From the IMG/VR virus record IMGVR_UViG_3300027971_004105: a DNA stretch of 64,000 bases, one strand, 5' to 3'. Numbering within the stretch: the stretch's first letter is position 1; every line of letters starts with the position of its first letter. Shown in pieces: positions 1 through 8,864 of this stretch. The translations under genes and the position numbers were made by a program. This DNA is from a virus. Taxonomy: Duplodnaviria > Caudoviricetes. The notes beneath the pieces were generated by a model. That model did not search any database. It saw nothing but the letters and a program-made list of their open reading frames with translations, and was not told the DNA's origin.

Positions 1-54
1 GTTGTTCTCCTTTTGTGTGTGTTTGTGTCTGTGTTACACCATTGTAACTTCAAT

Positions 55-83
55 AATATAACAGTGTTATTTATCAAAGTCAA
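55..83 (-). promoter_or_regulatory. sigma70-type promoter for a gene that starts left of the window
   Basis: Minus strand TTGACT-17nt-TATATT, with TAAATA in the spacer; SD AGGAG on minus strand at 7-11. Confidence 0.7.
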
Positions 84-178
84 CTTCTTTTTTGCTGCAA
101 TGCAGCAATCTTTTGCTGCAAACGCATATCAATTCTACCAAAATCCATAAAATATCACCAAATTCATAAATAACACAT

Positions 179-973
179 ATGATTAGTGATATCAAACAGC
201 GTCAGATACTCAGTCTCAATGAATGGGAACAGAGCCTACTGTTTGCTGAGCTCAGCATGATTGCCTACAATGACGAAAAAAAAGCCACAGCACAGGCAAA
301 AGAAATAGGATTCACAGAAGTGCATTTCTTTGATCACAAAGGTGCTCAGGGTTACACTTTTGAAACTGCCACAGATCTAGTGGTGGCCTGCAGAGGCACT
401 GAACCCACAGAATTCAATGACCTAGCAGCAGATCTCAGAGCGTTGCCTGTGAAAAGCCGCACCATGGGCAGGGTACACAAAGGATTCAAATTGGAAGCAG
501 ACAAGATCTGGGAAGGATTAAAAAAGCAGATTGAAACATCAGAAAAAATCACATGGTTCACTGGACACAGTCTGGGTGCTGCCATGACCACACTTTGTGC
601 TGCAAGATGTTTTTATTTGGCTCCACAGATCACTGTGGGTGCCATATTCACTTATGGTTCGCCCCGAGCAGGTTGGAGAGGGTTTGTGAACAATCTACAT
701 GTGCCACACTGGCGCTGGGTCAACAATGCAGACATGGTCACACGTGTGCCATTGACTGTGATGGGCTATGTGCATCACGGCAAAATCAGATACATCAACA
801 CTTTTGGCAATGTGAGAGAGTTTACCTACTGGCAAAGATTCAAGGACAAATGGCGTGGCATATGGCGTGGGTTGAAGAAATTGTCATTCAAGAATTTCAG
901 TGATCATGGCATGGCCAATTATGTGGCTCACATTGCCAAAAAAGTTCAAAACAAAGAATATCCACAGCAATAA
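179..973 (+). CDS. Class 3 lipase (alpha/beta hydrolase)
   Basis: GHSLG nucleophile motif, VACRGT oxyanion motif, TYGSPR, DMVTRVP, C-terminal DH; TAAATA 6 nt upstream. Confidence 0.85.
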   Translation: MISDIKQRQILSLNEWEQSLLFAELSMIAYNDEKKATAQAKEIGFTEVHFFDHKGAQGYTFETATDLVVACRGTEPTEFNDLAADLRALPVKSRTMGRVHKGFKLEADKIWEGLKKQIETSEKITWFTGHSLGAAMTTLCAARCFYLAPQITVGAIFTYGSPRAGWRGFVNNLHVPHWRWVNNADMVTRVPLTVMGYVHHGKIRYINTFGNVREFTYWQRFKDKWRGIWRGLKKLSFKNFSDHGMANYVAHIAKKVQNKEYPQQ

Positions 974-1000
974 CCCCCAATAATACACGCAGTTAATCAC

Positions 1001-1029
1001 TTGACAACCGCCCAGCACAGTGCTATAAT
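1001..1029 (+). promoter_or_regulatory. sigma70-type promoter
   Basis: Perfect TTGACA-17nt-TATAAT. Confidence 0.85.
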
Positions 1030-1036
1030 TAAACAC

Positions 1037-1087
1037 ATGGTGTTTTTGGTAACATTTGACGGTAAATACCTTGAAAGCATCATATGA
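1037..1087 (+). CDS. Possible 16-aa leaderless uORF coupled to the next gene
   Basis: ATG 7 nt after the -10 box; TGA overlaps the next ATG (ATGA). Confidence 0.3.
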   Translation: MVFLVTFDGKYLESII

Positions 1088-1338
1088 AAAAACAAACTAG
1101 ATCCATTTTACAGGAACTGAACACAGTTTACAGAGCCAAAGACCTGGATCACATCGTGGAAGCCAAAGGCAGCAACATCATAGAAAGTGCCATCAATCTG
1201 TTGGCAGTGATCAATGAGAAGTATGATCCTGAAACTGCTCAAGAGTTGGAGCGACGTTTTATCAATTCCATACGCAATGGTGACAGTAAAAAATTCAAAA
1301 CAGGTATTAAAAAAATTCAAGAAGGCGAGAGCGAATAA
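1084..1338 (+). CDS. Hypothetical protein
   Basis: 84-aa ORF, stop overlaps next start. Confidence 0.75.
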   Translation: MKKQTRSILQELNTVYRAKDLDHIVEAKGSNIIESAINLLAVINEKYDPETAQELERRFINSIRNGDSKKFKTGIKKIQEGESE

Positions 1339-2093
1339 TGCAACTCAAAGAAGGTGGCAATATCTTCAAAGGTGCTGAAGGAGAATTGCTCACAGGTAGA
1401 ATCAATCAAGCAGATGTGGCTCCCACAGTGAAATGGTTGGAAGGCATCACAGGATTATCTTTGCAGGATGCCATGTTGGGCACCACAGGCAAGGCAGCCA
1501 CCAGCGGTGATATGGATTTGGGTGTGGATGAAAGCAAAATCAGCAAAGACGAATTGGTAGCAAAATTATCTCAGTGGGCACAATCACAACAGCAAGATCC
1601 CAAACAGTGGGTGCGCAAAAGTGGTATCTCTGTACACTTCAAAACTCCCATTGGCGGTGATATGAAAAAAGAAAAATTTGTTCAAACAGATTTTATGTTT
1701 GGAGATCCCACATGGCAAAAGTTCAGTCTGCAAGGTGGCACAGTGGGCAGTGATTACAAAGGTGTTGATCGTCACATATTGCTGGCCAGCATTGCCAAAG
1801 CATTGGGATATCGTTGGAGTCACAACTATGGATTGCTCAATCGCGAAAGCAATCAACCAGTGAGCAAAGATCCAGACAGAATTGCTCAACTGTTGTTGGG
1901 TGTGGATCACACAGCCAAAGATTTAAACAGTGTGGAGAGTATCCACAAAATTATTCGTGGCCGTTCTGATTATGAAAAATTAATAGCAGATGCTGTGGAG
2001 TCATTTGCCAAAGCAGGCAAGCGATTGCCTGAACACACAGTGGAAGGTTCTAATGTGTGGTTTAGAAACATGATGAATGTGGTGGGCAGATGA
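1338..2093 (+). CDS. Pol-beta superfamily nucleotidyltransferase-like protein
   Basis: LGTTGK-x4-GDMDL motif and a downstream QTDFMF acid. Confidence 0.65.
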   Translation: MQLKEGGNIFKGAEGELLTGRINQADVAPTVKWLEGITGLSLQDAMLGTTGKAATSGDMDLGVDESKISKDELVAKLSQWAQSQQQDPKQWVRKSGISVHFKTPIGGDMKKEKFVQTDFMFGDPTWQKFSLQGGTVGSDYKGVDRHILLASIAKALGYRWSHNYGLLNRESNQPVSKDPDRIAQLLLGVDHTAKDLNSVESIHKIIRGRSDYEKLIADAVESFAKAGKRLPEHTVEGSNVWFRNMMNVVGR

Positions 2094-3232
2094 AATTAGT
2101 AGAATTCAAAACAATTACAGGACGTTGTGATATATTGCTGGAAGATGCCAGAATACATCACCTGGAAGATTTTGTGCTGTGGAATGGCAGTCAAGGAGCC
2201 AGTCAAGCATTGGACGCACTCAGTAATATTAATAAAAATTTAAAAAGTGTCACAATCAAATGGGATGGTGCAGTGGGAGTGATCTTTGGAAGAAATCCCA
2301 ATGGAGAATTCATATTCACAGACAAAGCAGGATTTGTGGCCAAAGGCTATGATGGTAGAACCACCAATGCAGATGATTTGGGTGCCATGATACAAGGTCG
2401 TGCCAAAGATGTGAGCAAGGCAGCGGACTATAAAGTTTTTGCTGACAAAATGAAATCAGTGTTTCCCATCATTGAATCTGCCACTCCAGAAAACTTGGCG
2501 GGGTATTACCGAGCAGACATATTGTATTTTCAACAGCCTGAATTAAAAGATGGCAGATACCAGTTCAAACCCAATGTGGTCACCTACAGTGTCACACCAG
2601 ACAGTGTGTTGGGCAAAAAAATTGCCAAAAGTTCTGTGGGCGTGGTGATTCACAGCATGATCAATGAGCAGGGCACTGAACAGTCTGTGCCAGATGATTT
2701 AGAATTCAAAGGCAGCAAACTGCTGGTGGTGCCACCAGTCACTGTGAGCAATCCTGTGCAGTTGGATACCACTCAGTTGGCTCAGGTAAAATCCATGCTG
2801 ACACAACATGCCCGAGACATTGACACAGTGTTGGATCGCAACAAATTGACTGCAATGAAAGTGTCAGATTTTGCCAACATACTGTACACCTATGTGAACA
2901 GCAAAGTGCTCACTGGCATGAAAGACTTGGGCAGAGATTTTGTAAAATGGCTCACAACCACCAGTGCTGTGAGTCGCAACAAACAAGGCAAAATTGTGGA
3001 TTATGTGAAACAGAATGTGGTGGGATTCAATGCACTGTGGAAAGTGTTTGCAGGCATTCAAGCAGCCAAAGATTCAGTGATTGCACAATTGGACAATCAA
3101 GGTTCGGATGTGACTGCCAGCATCAACGATCAACCAGGTGGTGAGGGCTATGTGATACAAACAGCTCAAGGCCCAATCAAATTGGTGAACAGAGCAGGGT
3201 TCTCAAAAGTGAATTTTGCACTAAATAGATAG
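2090..3232 (+). CDS. RNA-ligase-like covalent nucleotidyltransferase (DUF6267-like)
   Basis: TIKWDG (motif I KxDG), GEGYV (motif IV), IKLVNR (motif V). Confidence 0.6.
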   Translation: MKLVEFKTITGRCDILLEDARIHHLEDFVLWNGSQGASQALDALSNINKNLKSVTIKWDGAVGVIFGRNPNGEFIFTDKAGFVAKGYDGRTTNADDLGAMIQGRAKDVSKAADYKVFADKMKSVFPIIESATPENLAGYYRADILYFQQPELKDGRYQFKPNVVTYSVTPDSVLGKKIAKSSVGVVIHSMINEQGTEQSVPDDLEFKGSKLLVVPPVTVSNPVQLDTTQLAQVKSMLTQHARDIDTVLDRNKLTAMKVSDFANILYTYVNSKVLTGMKDLGRDFVKWLTTTSAVSRNKQGKIVDYVKQNVVGFNALWKVFAGIQAAKDSVIAQLDNQGSDVTASINDQPGGEGYVIQTAQGPIKLVNRAGFSKVNFALNR

Positions 3233-3233
3233 T

Positions 3234-3632
3234 ATGGTAAAAGCAACAGATTTCATGCCCAAAAAGATCAGCATCATGGATCCAGCAGATGATCCCAATG
3301 CAGGACTGGACAAAGAATTCAAACAGGACACCATGTTCAATCAGTTGGGCAAAGTGTTGGACAGCAGAGGCAATCCAAACCCTATCACACACGTGACCAC
3401 AGATGATGGTGAAAAACACCCCATCACTGCACAGCAGGCACGAGCACTGAGAGCATTGGCCACTGCAGAAAATGTGAAACCAGCCACAAAATTACAATTT
3501 ACCAAAGACATTCAAACAGGTGCAGGCATTAAAAAGTTTTTGTCACAGCCTGACACCAAGAATTATGTGAGCACTTTTGTGGACACCTACATGAAGGGTC
3601 AAACTGTGTACACGCCCACCACCAAGTACTAA
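3234..3632 (+). CDS. Hypothetical late protein
   Basis: 132-aa ORF; TAAATA 6 nt upstream. Confidence 0.75.
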   Translation: MVKATDFMPKKISIMDPADDPNAGLDKEFKQDTMFNQLGKVLDSRGNPNPITHVTTDDGEKHPITAQQARALRALATAENVKPATKLQFTKDIQTGAGIKKFLSQPDTKNYVSTFVDTYMKGQTVYTPTTKY

Positions 3633-3662
3633 CCCCCCAAAAATTAACACTGTAGAGAATTT

Positions 3663-3714
3663 TGGCATCAGATGCCATAAATAATCACAACCAGTCCACG
3701 GAGCGTGGATTTGG
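3663..3714 (+). promoter_or_regulatory. Palindrome, late promoter and 5' hairpin
   Basis: TGGCATC-A-GATGCCA abuts TAAATA (3678-3683); TCCACG-GAG-CGTGGA hairpin follows. Confidence 0.55.
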
Positions 3715-3743
3715 CCATTAACAATGATAAAAGGAGAACAACA

Positions 3744-4052
3744 ATGGCTACAGTAACAAACACAAACCAACCCGTGATTTCTTTAAATCAAGGTATTGGT
3801 GGAAGAACCACAATCGTAAACGTTGCAAAAACCAACATGACAAACGCAGAAGTGAACACTATCCTAACGGATATTGCTTACGATGGCTTTACCATCGCTG
3901 GCGTTTCGACTGCTGATGGATCAGCGTTTTCAACTGGAGTAACTGACAACTTACAAGTTGCAGTTCAAGGCACAGCAACCTACTCAGCAGAGGGCTCAAA
4001 CGCTCACGGTGTATCAGGTGCAGTGACTACAGTGTTAACAATATTTGCTTAA
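3744..4052 (+). CDS. Small Thr/Gly/Ala-rich protein, probably an abundant virion protein
   Basis: Strong SD AAGGAG, codon usage like highly expressed genes, own terminator. Confidence 0.75.
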   Translation: MATVTNTNQPVISLNQGIGGRTTIVNVAKTNMTNAEVNTILTDIAYDGFTIAGVSTADGSAFSTGVTDNLQVAVQGTATYSAEGSNAHGVSGAVTTVLTIFA

Positions 4053-4084
4053 TTAGAAATAATTGGGTAAGTTATTAAATTAAA

Positions 4085-4114
4085 GGGCGTTCAGGAAACT
4101 GGGCGCCCTTTTTT
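4085..4114 (+). terminator. Intrinsic terminator
   Basis: GGGCGTTCAG-GAAA-CTGGGCGCCC plus T tract. Confidence 0.9.
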
Positions 4115-4137
4115 ATTGACTGTTAAATACCCACAAT

Positions 4138-4551
4138 ATGTACCAAGTTTATTCACTCATAGACATTACCAAAACTGATCAGCATCGCCACAAAAGCAAT
4201 GATCGCTGTGCTGTGGATCAACAGAGCAACTACAATGTGTTTGAACAGTGTCTCATGCTGAGAAGCAATGTCAACATACACAGTCGTCCAGTGGCTCTGC
4301 ACAAGGATGTGAAACAATTTGCCTTTGGAAGCAGATATCAAGGTCAGCATCAGATTTGGTTCATGGAGTTTGACACAGATCAGCCAAACTATGTCACTGT
4401 GCAACAACTGCAGGAAGATTTCAACATGGTGCCCATGATCTCCAATCTCAAAGAGAGCATCAACATCAACAACAATATTTTTATCACTCAAGATCCTCAG
4501 AACACAAACATAGTGTTTTATAAAAACAGCACACTTAAAACCACAGACTAG
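4138..4551 (+). CDS. Hypothetical protein
   Basis: 137-aa ORF; TAAATA 8 nt upstream. Confidence 0.7.
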   Translation: MYQVYSLIDITKTDQHRHKSNDRCAVDQQSNYNVFEQCLMLRSNVNIHSRPVALHKDVKQFAFGSRYQGQHQIWFMEFDTDQPNYVTVQQLQEDFNMVPMISNLKESININNNIFITQDPQNTNIVFYKNSTLKTTD

Positions 4552-4566
4552 CAGATAAATATCTGT

Positions 4567-4797
4567 ATGAGCGAACTGGAAAAAGAAAATTTAGAAGCAC
4601 ACGTGGATCTTTGCGCCGAGCGTTACAAAGCCTTGGAAGCACGTCTCACTGCCATTGAAGAAAAAGTGGCTGAGTTGCATTCAGAAATGCTCAAAGGCAA
4701 CTCAGGCATGACCAAAACCATCATAGTGGCCACTGGCGCCATAGTCACAGGCCTGCTCAGCACCATAGTCACACTGCTGATGAAATTCCCTGGGTAA
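4567..4797 (+). CDS. Coiled-coil protein with C-terminal TM helix
   Basis: Heptad region then hydrophobic IIVATGAIVTGLLSTIVTLLM; TAAATA 5 nt upstream. Confidence 0.75.
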   Translation: MSELEKENLEAHVDLCAERYKALEARLTAIEEKVAELHSEMLKGNSGMTKTIIVATGAIVTGLLSTIVTLLMKFPG

Positions 4798-4839
4798 TCG
4801 CCCACACACGCTAAATACATCAAAACAACAATCATTGCT

Positions 4840-5166
4840 ATGAAAATTGTGGAAATACTGTCAGAATCTGTGGTTTCAGTCTGGGGTCGCAAAGGCAGCG
4901 GCATGGCCAGACGCTATAGATGCACAGCCGGCATTCGCAAAGGACGTATTGTGAGCAGTCCTACCACTTGTACCAAACCCAAAGATATCAAAAAATCTTT
5001 TAGATTCAAAGCCACCAGAGCTCGCAGAGGATCAGCCATGGGAATCAAAGCATCCAGAACCAAACGTGCCACAGTCAGCAGTCGAGTGAGAAAATTAAAC
5101 ATTGGTCAAGCACGTCAAAAACTTAAACCCTATAAACCTGGCAAAAGAAAGCCCATAAGAAAATGA
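4840..5166 (+). CDS. Very basic hypothetical protein (possible nucleic-acid binder)
   Basis: Arg/Lys-rich; N-terminus MKIVEILSE. Confidence 0.75.
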   Translation: MKIVEILSESVVSVWGRKGSGMARRYRCTAGIRKGRIVSSPTTCTKPKDIKKSFRFKATRARRGSAMGIKASRTKRATVSSRVRKLNIGQARQKLKPYKPGKRKPIRK

Positions 5167-5552
5167 GATTAAAAGAATTTGCACCCAATGATTATTTGAA
5201 TAAGGTCTTGAAAAAAGTAGGACCCAATGCCATACGCACAGGCGCACCCATGCCTCAGAATGTGCTGCCCAAAGGTCCCATTAAGACTGCTGCACCTGCA
5301 GTGAAATCCACCATGAACAAAATGAACACTGCTACCAACAAAAATTTATTGAAACCTGGACAGAAATTACCCATGCCCACAGCACCCGGCAAGGAGACAG
5401 ACATGGATATCATGGCAGTGGGTCCTGACACAGTGAAATTACAGAGCAAAGATCCCAAAAATCCAGGAGAAGTCACTGTGAAGAAAAAAGACCTGGATCC
5501 AGTGATCAATAATCTCATGCAGAGAAGCAGAGGACAACAGACCACACGATGA
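5163..5552 (+). CDS. Hypothetical protein
   Basis: ATGA-coupled ORF; N-terminus MRLKEF. Confidence 0.75.
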   Translation: MRLKEFAPNDYLNKVLKKVGPNAIRTGAPMPQNVLPKGPIKTAAPAVKSTMNKMNTATNKNLLKPGQKLPMPTAPGKETDMDIMAVGPDTVKLQSKDPKNPGEVTVKKKDLDPVINNLMQRSRGQQTTR

Positions 5553-5767
5553 AGATCAACGAATTGATATCAGATTTTGAAATATATGTCAGCAATGAAG
5601 AATCTGCTCTGTTGAGCCGCATGCAGAATCAAACACCCATTGTCAGTTTCACAGAGAGAGAACAATTCATCATTGAGAATCTCATAAGAAAATCTTTGAT
5701 AACTAAAATTATTAAAAATAATCAAACATGGGTGGTGAGCAATGAAAGATCGCAAGACGGTTGCTAG
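5549..5767 (+). CDS. Hypothetical protein
   Basis: ATGA-coupled ORF; N-terminus MKINEL. Confidence 0.7.
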   Translation: MKINELISDFEIYVSNEESALLSRMQNQTPIVSFTEREQFIIENLIRKSLITKIIKNNQTWVVSNERSQDGC

Positions 5768-6167
5768 AGAAATACTCAAACTCATAGATCGTGAAGCACA
5801 AACACTGTGCATGCCCATTCAACAGGGTAACAGTGTGCGAATCAAGCACATGGTGGTGCGTGATAGCCGTCATGGATTTTTGGTGTTCAACATCATCACT
5901 GGTGAGCAGGTGGCTCGCACTTTCAGCAAAACCGCAGCAGTGGCCATTGCCAAAAGTCACGCAGAAGGCAAGACTCGCAGCACTGCCAACATACTCAAAA
6001 TTGACGAAAAAATACAACAAAAATACAATGATTGCGTGCATTTCAAACACACCATATATTTCAGCGAAGATCACAACCGTAAATCCGCTGCAGAAATACG
6101 CTATGATGTGGCTTGGGATGATGTTTTAACGCTGAGATCTGAACTGGATCATTATATCTTTGACTAA
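5742..6167 (+). CDS. Hypothetical protein
   Basis: 141-aa ORF in the operon. Confidence 0.7.
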   Translation: MKDRKTVAREILKLIDREAQTLCMPIQQGNSVRIKHMVVRDSRHGFLVFNIITGEQVARTFSKTAAVAIAKSHAEGKTRSTANILKIDEKIQQKYNDCVHFKHTIYFSEDHNRKSAAEIRYDVAWDDVLTLRSELDHYIFD

Positions 6168-6194
6168 ATAAATTCAAGCAAGGACTTTATTATA

Positions 6195-7370
6195 ATGAAA
6201 TTTACACAACTGATCAAAACTCTCACAGCAGAAGACCTTAACAACAGGGTGGCGCAGATGTTTGGTTCTAAAATCAATTTGGAATCATTCACAGCAGAAC
6301 AACTGTCCACTGCCCGTGACAAATTGGCCAATCAATTATTGACCATTGAAAATCAAACCAACTTTGATGCCATACATTCAAGTGAAGCATATCAAAAAAA
6401 TAGATTATTTTTAAAAGTGATTGAACAAAAAATTGAAGAATTATCACAGACAGATGAGAAGGCACAAAGTCCCTACGCAATAGGCATGGCACAGGCCATG
6501 AAGAGCACAGGTGATCAACCACCACTTAAAAAATCCACAATTAAAAAAGCACACGATATTGCCAAGTCAGTGGAAAAAAATGAAAGTGAAACCACAGTGG
6601 ATGAAACAATGTCACGTCAACATTTTCAATATGTGGCTGACACATTAAAAGATATTCAAGATCCAGCTAAGAGAGCAGAATATGCCAAACATCATTCGGC
6701 CATATTCCAACATTTTAATCCAAATTTTGATCATGCAAAATTTATGTCAGCAGCAGGAATAGAAATGAAAGAACCAGCAGAAGCAGTGGCCGAAGCCAAA
6801 CCAGATTTTTTAGACATGGACAAAGACGGAGATAAAAAAGAACCTATGAAAAAAGCCATTCAAGACAAAAAGAAAAAGAATATCAAAGAAGGTGCTGAAG
6901 AGTCAGCTAGAATAGTAATGAGCGCCAATGGATTGGTGGACAAAATTACAGGCTGGATGGAAGACACAGCAAAAATGCAAACAGAAGTGATGTTGGAATT
7001 AGGCGATAGTATCCGAGACGAGATGGGATCTGAAAAATCAGAACAATTTGTTAACACCATGAAACCATCTTTAGAATCATTGTACTCACAATTGGAAACC
7101 ACAAGAAAATCATTCACAGACGGCGTAGCTGTTCTGACAGGCGAAGAAGCGCCGGCAACTTTGGGCGCGGATGCTCCAACAGATGACATTGAAGATCTTG
7201 AAACAGAAGTAGAACCAGAAGTAACACCAGACACAGCAGATGACTTCACTGCTAGCGAACCAGCCACAGGCGGTGAAGAACCTGCAGACAGAAAAAAAAG
7301 AGAATCAATCATCAGAAGATCTCCAAGATTGGCAGAAATGCTATCACGCACTTCAAAAAAAAAGGCTTAA
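6195..7370 (+). CDS. Acidic, helical late protein (prohead core/scaffold-like)
   Basis: Late promoter and AAGGA SD; acidic C-terminal linker; DMDKDGD loop; ends in an A9G tract. Confidence 0.7.
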   Translation: MKFTQLIKTLTAEDLNNRVAQMFGSKINLESFTAEQLSTARDKLANQLLTIENQTNFDAIHSSEAYQKNRLFLKVIEQKIEELSQTDEKAQSPYAIGMAQAMKSTGDQPPLKKSTIKKAHDIAKSVEKNESETTVDETMSRQHFQYVADTLKDIQDPAKRAEYAKHHSAIFQHFNPNFDHAKFMSAAGIEMKEPAEAVAEAKPDFLDMDKDGDKKEPMKKAIQDKKKKNIKEGAEESARIVMSANGLVDKITGWMEDTAKMQTEVMLELGDSIRDEMGSEKSEQFVNTMKPSLESLYSQLETTRKSFTDGVAVLTGEEAPATLGADAPTDDIEDLETEVEPEVTPDTADDFTASEPATGGEEPADRKKRESIIRRSPRLAEMLSRTSKKKA

Positions 7371-7693
7371 TAGCAGAATCTGAAAACAACGCTCTTATTC
7401 AAGTATTAAGAAATTTTATTTCCACAGCCAACAGCAATCAGCAATCTGCCTACATCAATTACATGGCACTGAACAAGATCATGCAGAATGTCAAAGGCAA
7501 TCAATACAATTTTGATGCACTTAAAAATGCCTATGACACCGATGTTAATCTTAAATCATTGATCAAAAATTTTGACCGAGATGGTATCACACTACGCACT
7601 GATCTAACCAAAAACAACACAGCTCCTATCAAACCAAAAAAGAATTCAGTGGATAGATTGGCACAGCAGGCAGTTAAAAAACGATCCAAATAA
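7364..7693 (+). CDS. -1 frame extension of the 6195 gene (first ATG only at 7463)
   Basis: Frame is open from 7277 with no ATG/GTG/TTG before 7463; slippery tracts at 7292-7299 and 7355-7364. Confidence 0.55.
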   Translation, partial: GLIAESENNALIQVLRNFISTANSNQQSAYINYMALNKIMQNVKGNQYNFDALKNAYDTDVNLKSLIKNFDRDGITLRTDLTKNNTAPIKPKKNSVDRLAQQAVKKRSK

Positions 7694-7698
7694 AAAGA

Positions 7699-7727
7699 TT
7701 GACACCCATCCACACAAACTATATACT
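7699..7727 (+). promoter_or_regulatory. sigma70-type promoter, leaderless
   Basis: TTGACA-17nt-TATACT, ATG 6 nt later. Confidence 0.8.
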
Positions 7728-7733
7728 AACACA

Positions 7734-8108
7734 ATGAGCGAAAGAACCAAAGCGGATATAATCTCCGACATCAACACAGTGATAGAAAAATATGTGCTGC
7801 CAGCAGTGGGCAGTCATGGTGGTGCTGTGAAGTTGGTTGATTTCGATCCACTCACAGGAGTTTTGAAATTACAGATGGGCGGGGCCTGTTCAGGCTGTGC
7901 CGGCAGCAAGATGACACTGAAGAATGGCGTGGAGAAAATTTTGTTTCACTATGTGCCTGAAGTTAAGAGCATTGAAGCAGAAGATGACGAACAAAGTCAA
8001 GTGGATCCTTATTTGAGTCATCCCATAGACTATCCTTCGGCCAATGAGATGTTGGATGAGCTCACACACCTCAGCAAGTTCGTCACACCAGACGAAGATA
8101 GAAAATAG
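7734..8108 (+). CDS. nfuA: NifU/NfuA C-terminal domain Fe-S scaffold
   Basis: GGAVKLVD...LQMGGACSGC...TLKNGVEKIL. Confidence 0.85.
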   Translation: MSERTKADIISDINTVIEKYVLPAVGSHGGAVKLVDFDPLTGVLKLQMGGACSGCAGSKMTLKNGVEKILFHYVPEVKSIEAEDDEQSQVDPYLSHPIDYPSANEMLDELTHLSKFVTPDEDRK

Positions 8109-8113
8109 AATCA

Positions 8114-8803
8114 ATGACACTATTGAAGCCCAAATACCAGTACGAGAATCTCAAAAGAGTATTGGTGGATGGCAAAAGATTGTACAGTTGTCCCAATGGA
8201 GAAGCACTGCCGTCAGTGACTACCATACTGGACAGCACCAAAGACAAAACACATCTGATGGAATGGCGTCGCAAAGTGGGCGAAGAACAAGCCACAGCAA
8301 TCACTCGTGAAGCCAGTGGCATCGGCACAAGGATGCACAAATATCTAGAACAATACATAGAGCGTGGCAGCTGGGGAGAAGCCGGCAGCAATCCTTATGC
8401 ACTGCAGGCACACCAGATGGCTCAGGTGGTGGGCAAAAATGCATTGGTGCATGTGGATGAAGTGTGGGGTTCAGAGGTGAGCCTTTACTTCCCACAGATT
8501 TATGCAGGCACCACTGACTGCGTGGGCACCTACAAAGGAGCGCCCTGCATTATCGATTTCAAACAGACCAACAAGCCCAAGAAGCTGGAGTGGGTCACAG
8601 ATTATTTTTTACAGCTGGTGGCCTATGCCGAAGCACACAATAAAGTGTATCACAGTGAAATACGTGAAGCACACGTGTTCATGTGCAGCCGCGACTTCAC
8701 CTATCAGCAGTTTGATATTACCCCCATGCAATACAACAAATATGCAGACATGTGGTGGGATCGTGTGGAGCAATACTACAAGAAACAAGCAAGTCACGCA
8801 TAA
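8114..8803 (+). CDS. PD-(D/E)XK exonuclease
   Basis: PSVTTIL, GTRMH, AGTTD, IIDFKQT, YFLQLVAY. Confidence 0.85.
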   Translation: MTLLKPKYQYENLKRVLVDGKRLYSCPNGEALPSVTTILDSTKDKTHLMEWRRKVGEEQATAITREASGIGTRMHKYLEQYIERGSWGEAGSNPYALQAHQMAQVVGKNALVHVDEVWGSEVSLYFPQIYAGTTDCVGTYKGAPCIIDFKQTNKPKKLEWVTDYFLQLVAYAEAHNKVYHSEIREAHVFMCSRDFTYQQFDITPMQYNKYADMWWDRVEQYYKKQASHA

Positions 8804-8864
8804 CAATCCACAACTGAGTCGATAAATACACTTGTTATAACACACAAGATTTAGGAGCAAACAC

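Noticed and set aside
179-2093. Lipase plus nucleotidyltransferase as a CBASS-like system
   Set aside because: The lipase has no sensor domain and its own promoter; a separate promoter and ORF intervene; adjacency alone is insufficient
6860-7351. 163-aa minus-strand ORF and similar antisense ORFs in the track
   Set aside because: Shadows of strongly supported plus-strand genes, with no motifs or start signals
8114-8803. Cas4 assignment
   Set aside because: PD-(D/E)XK core is present but the four-Cys Fe-S pattern and any array are absent
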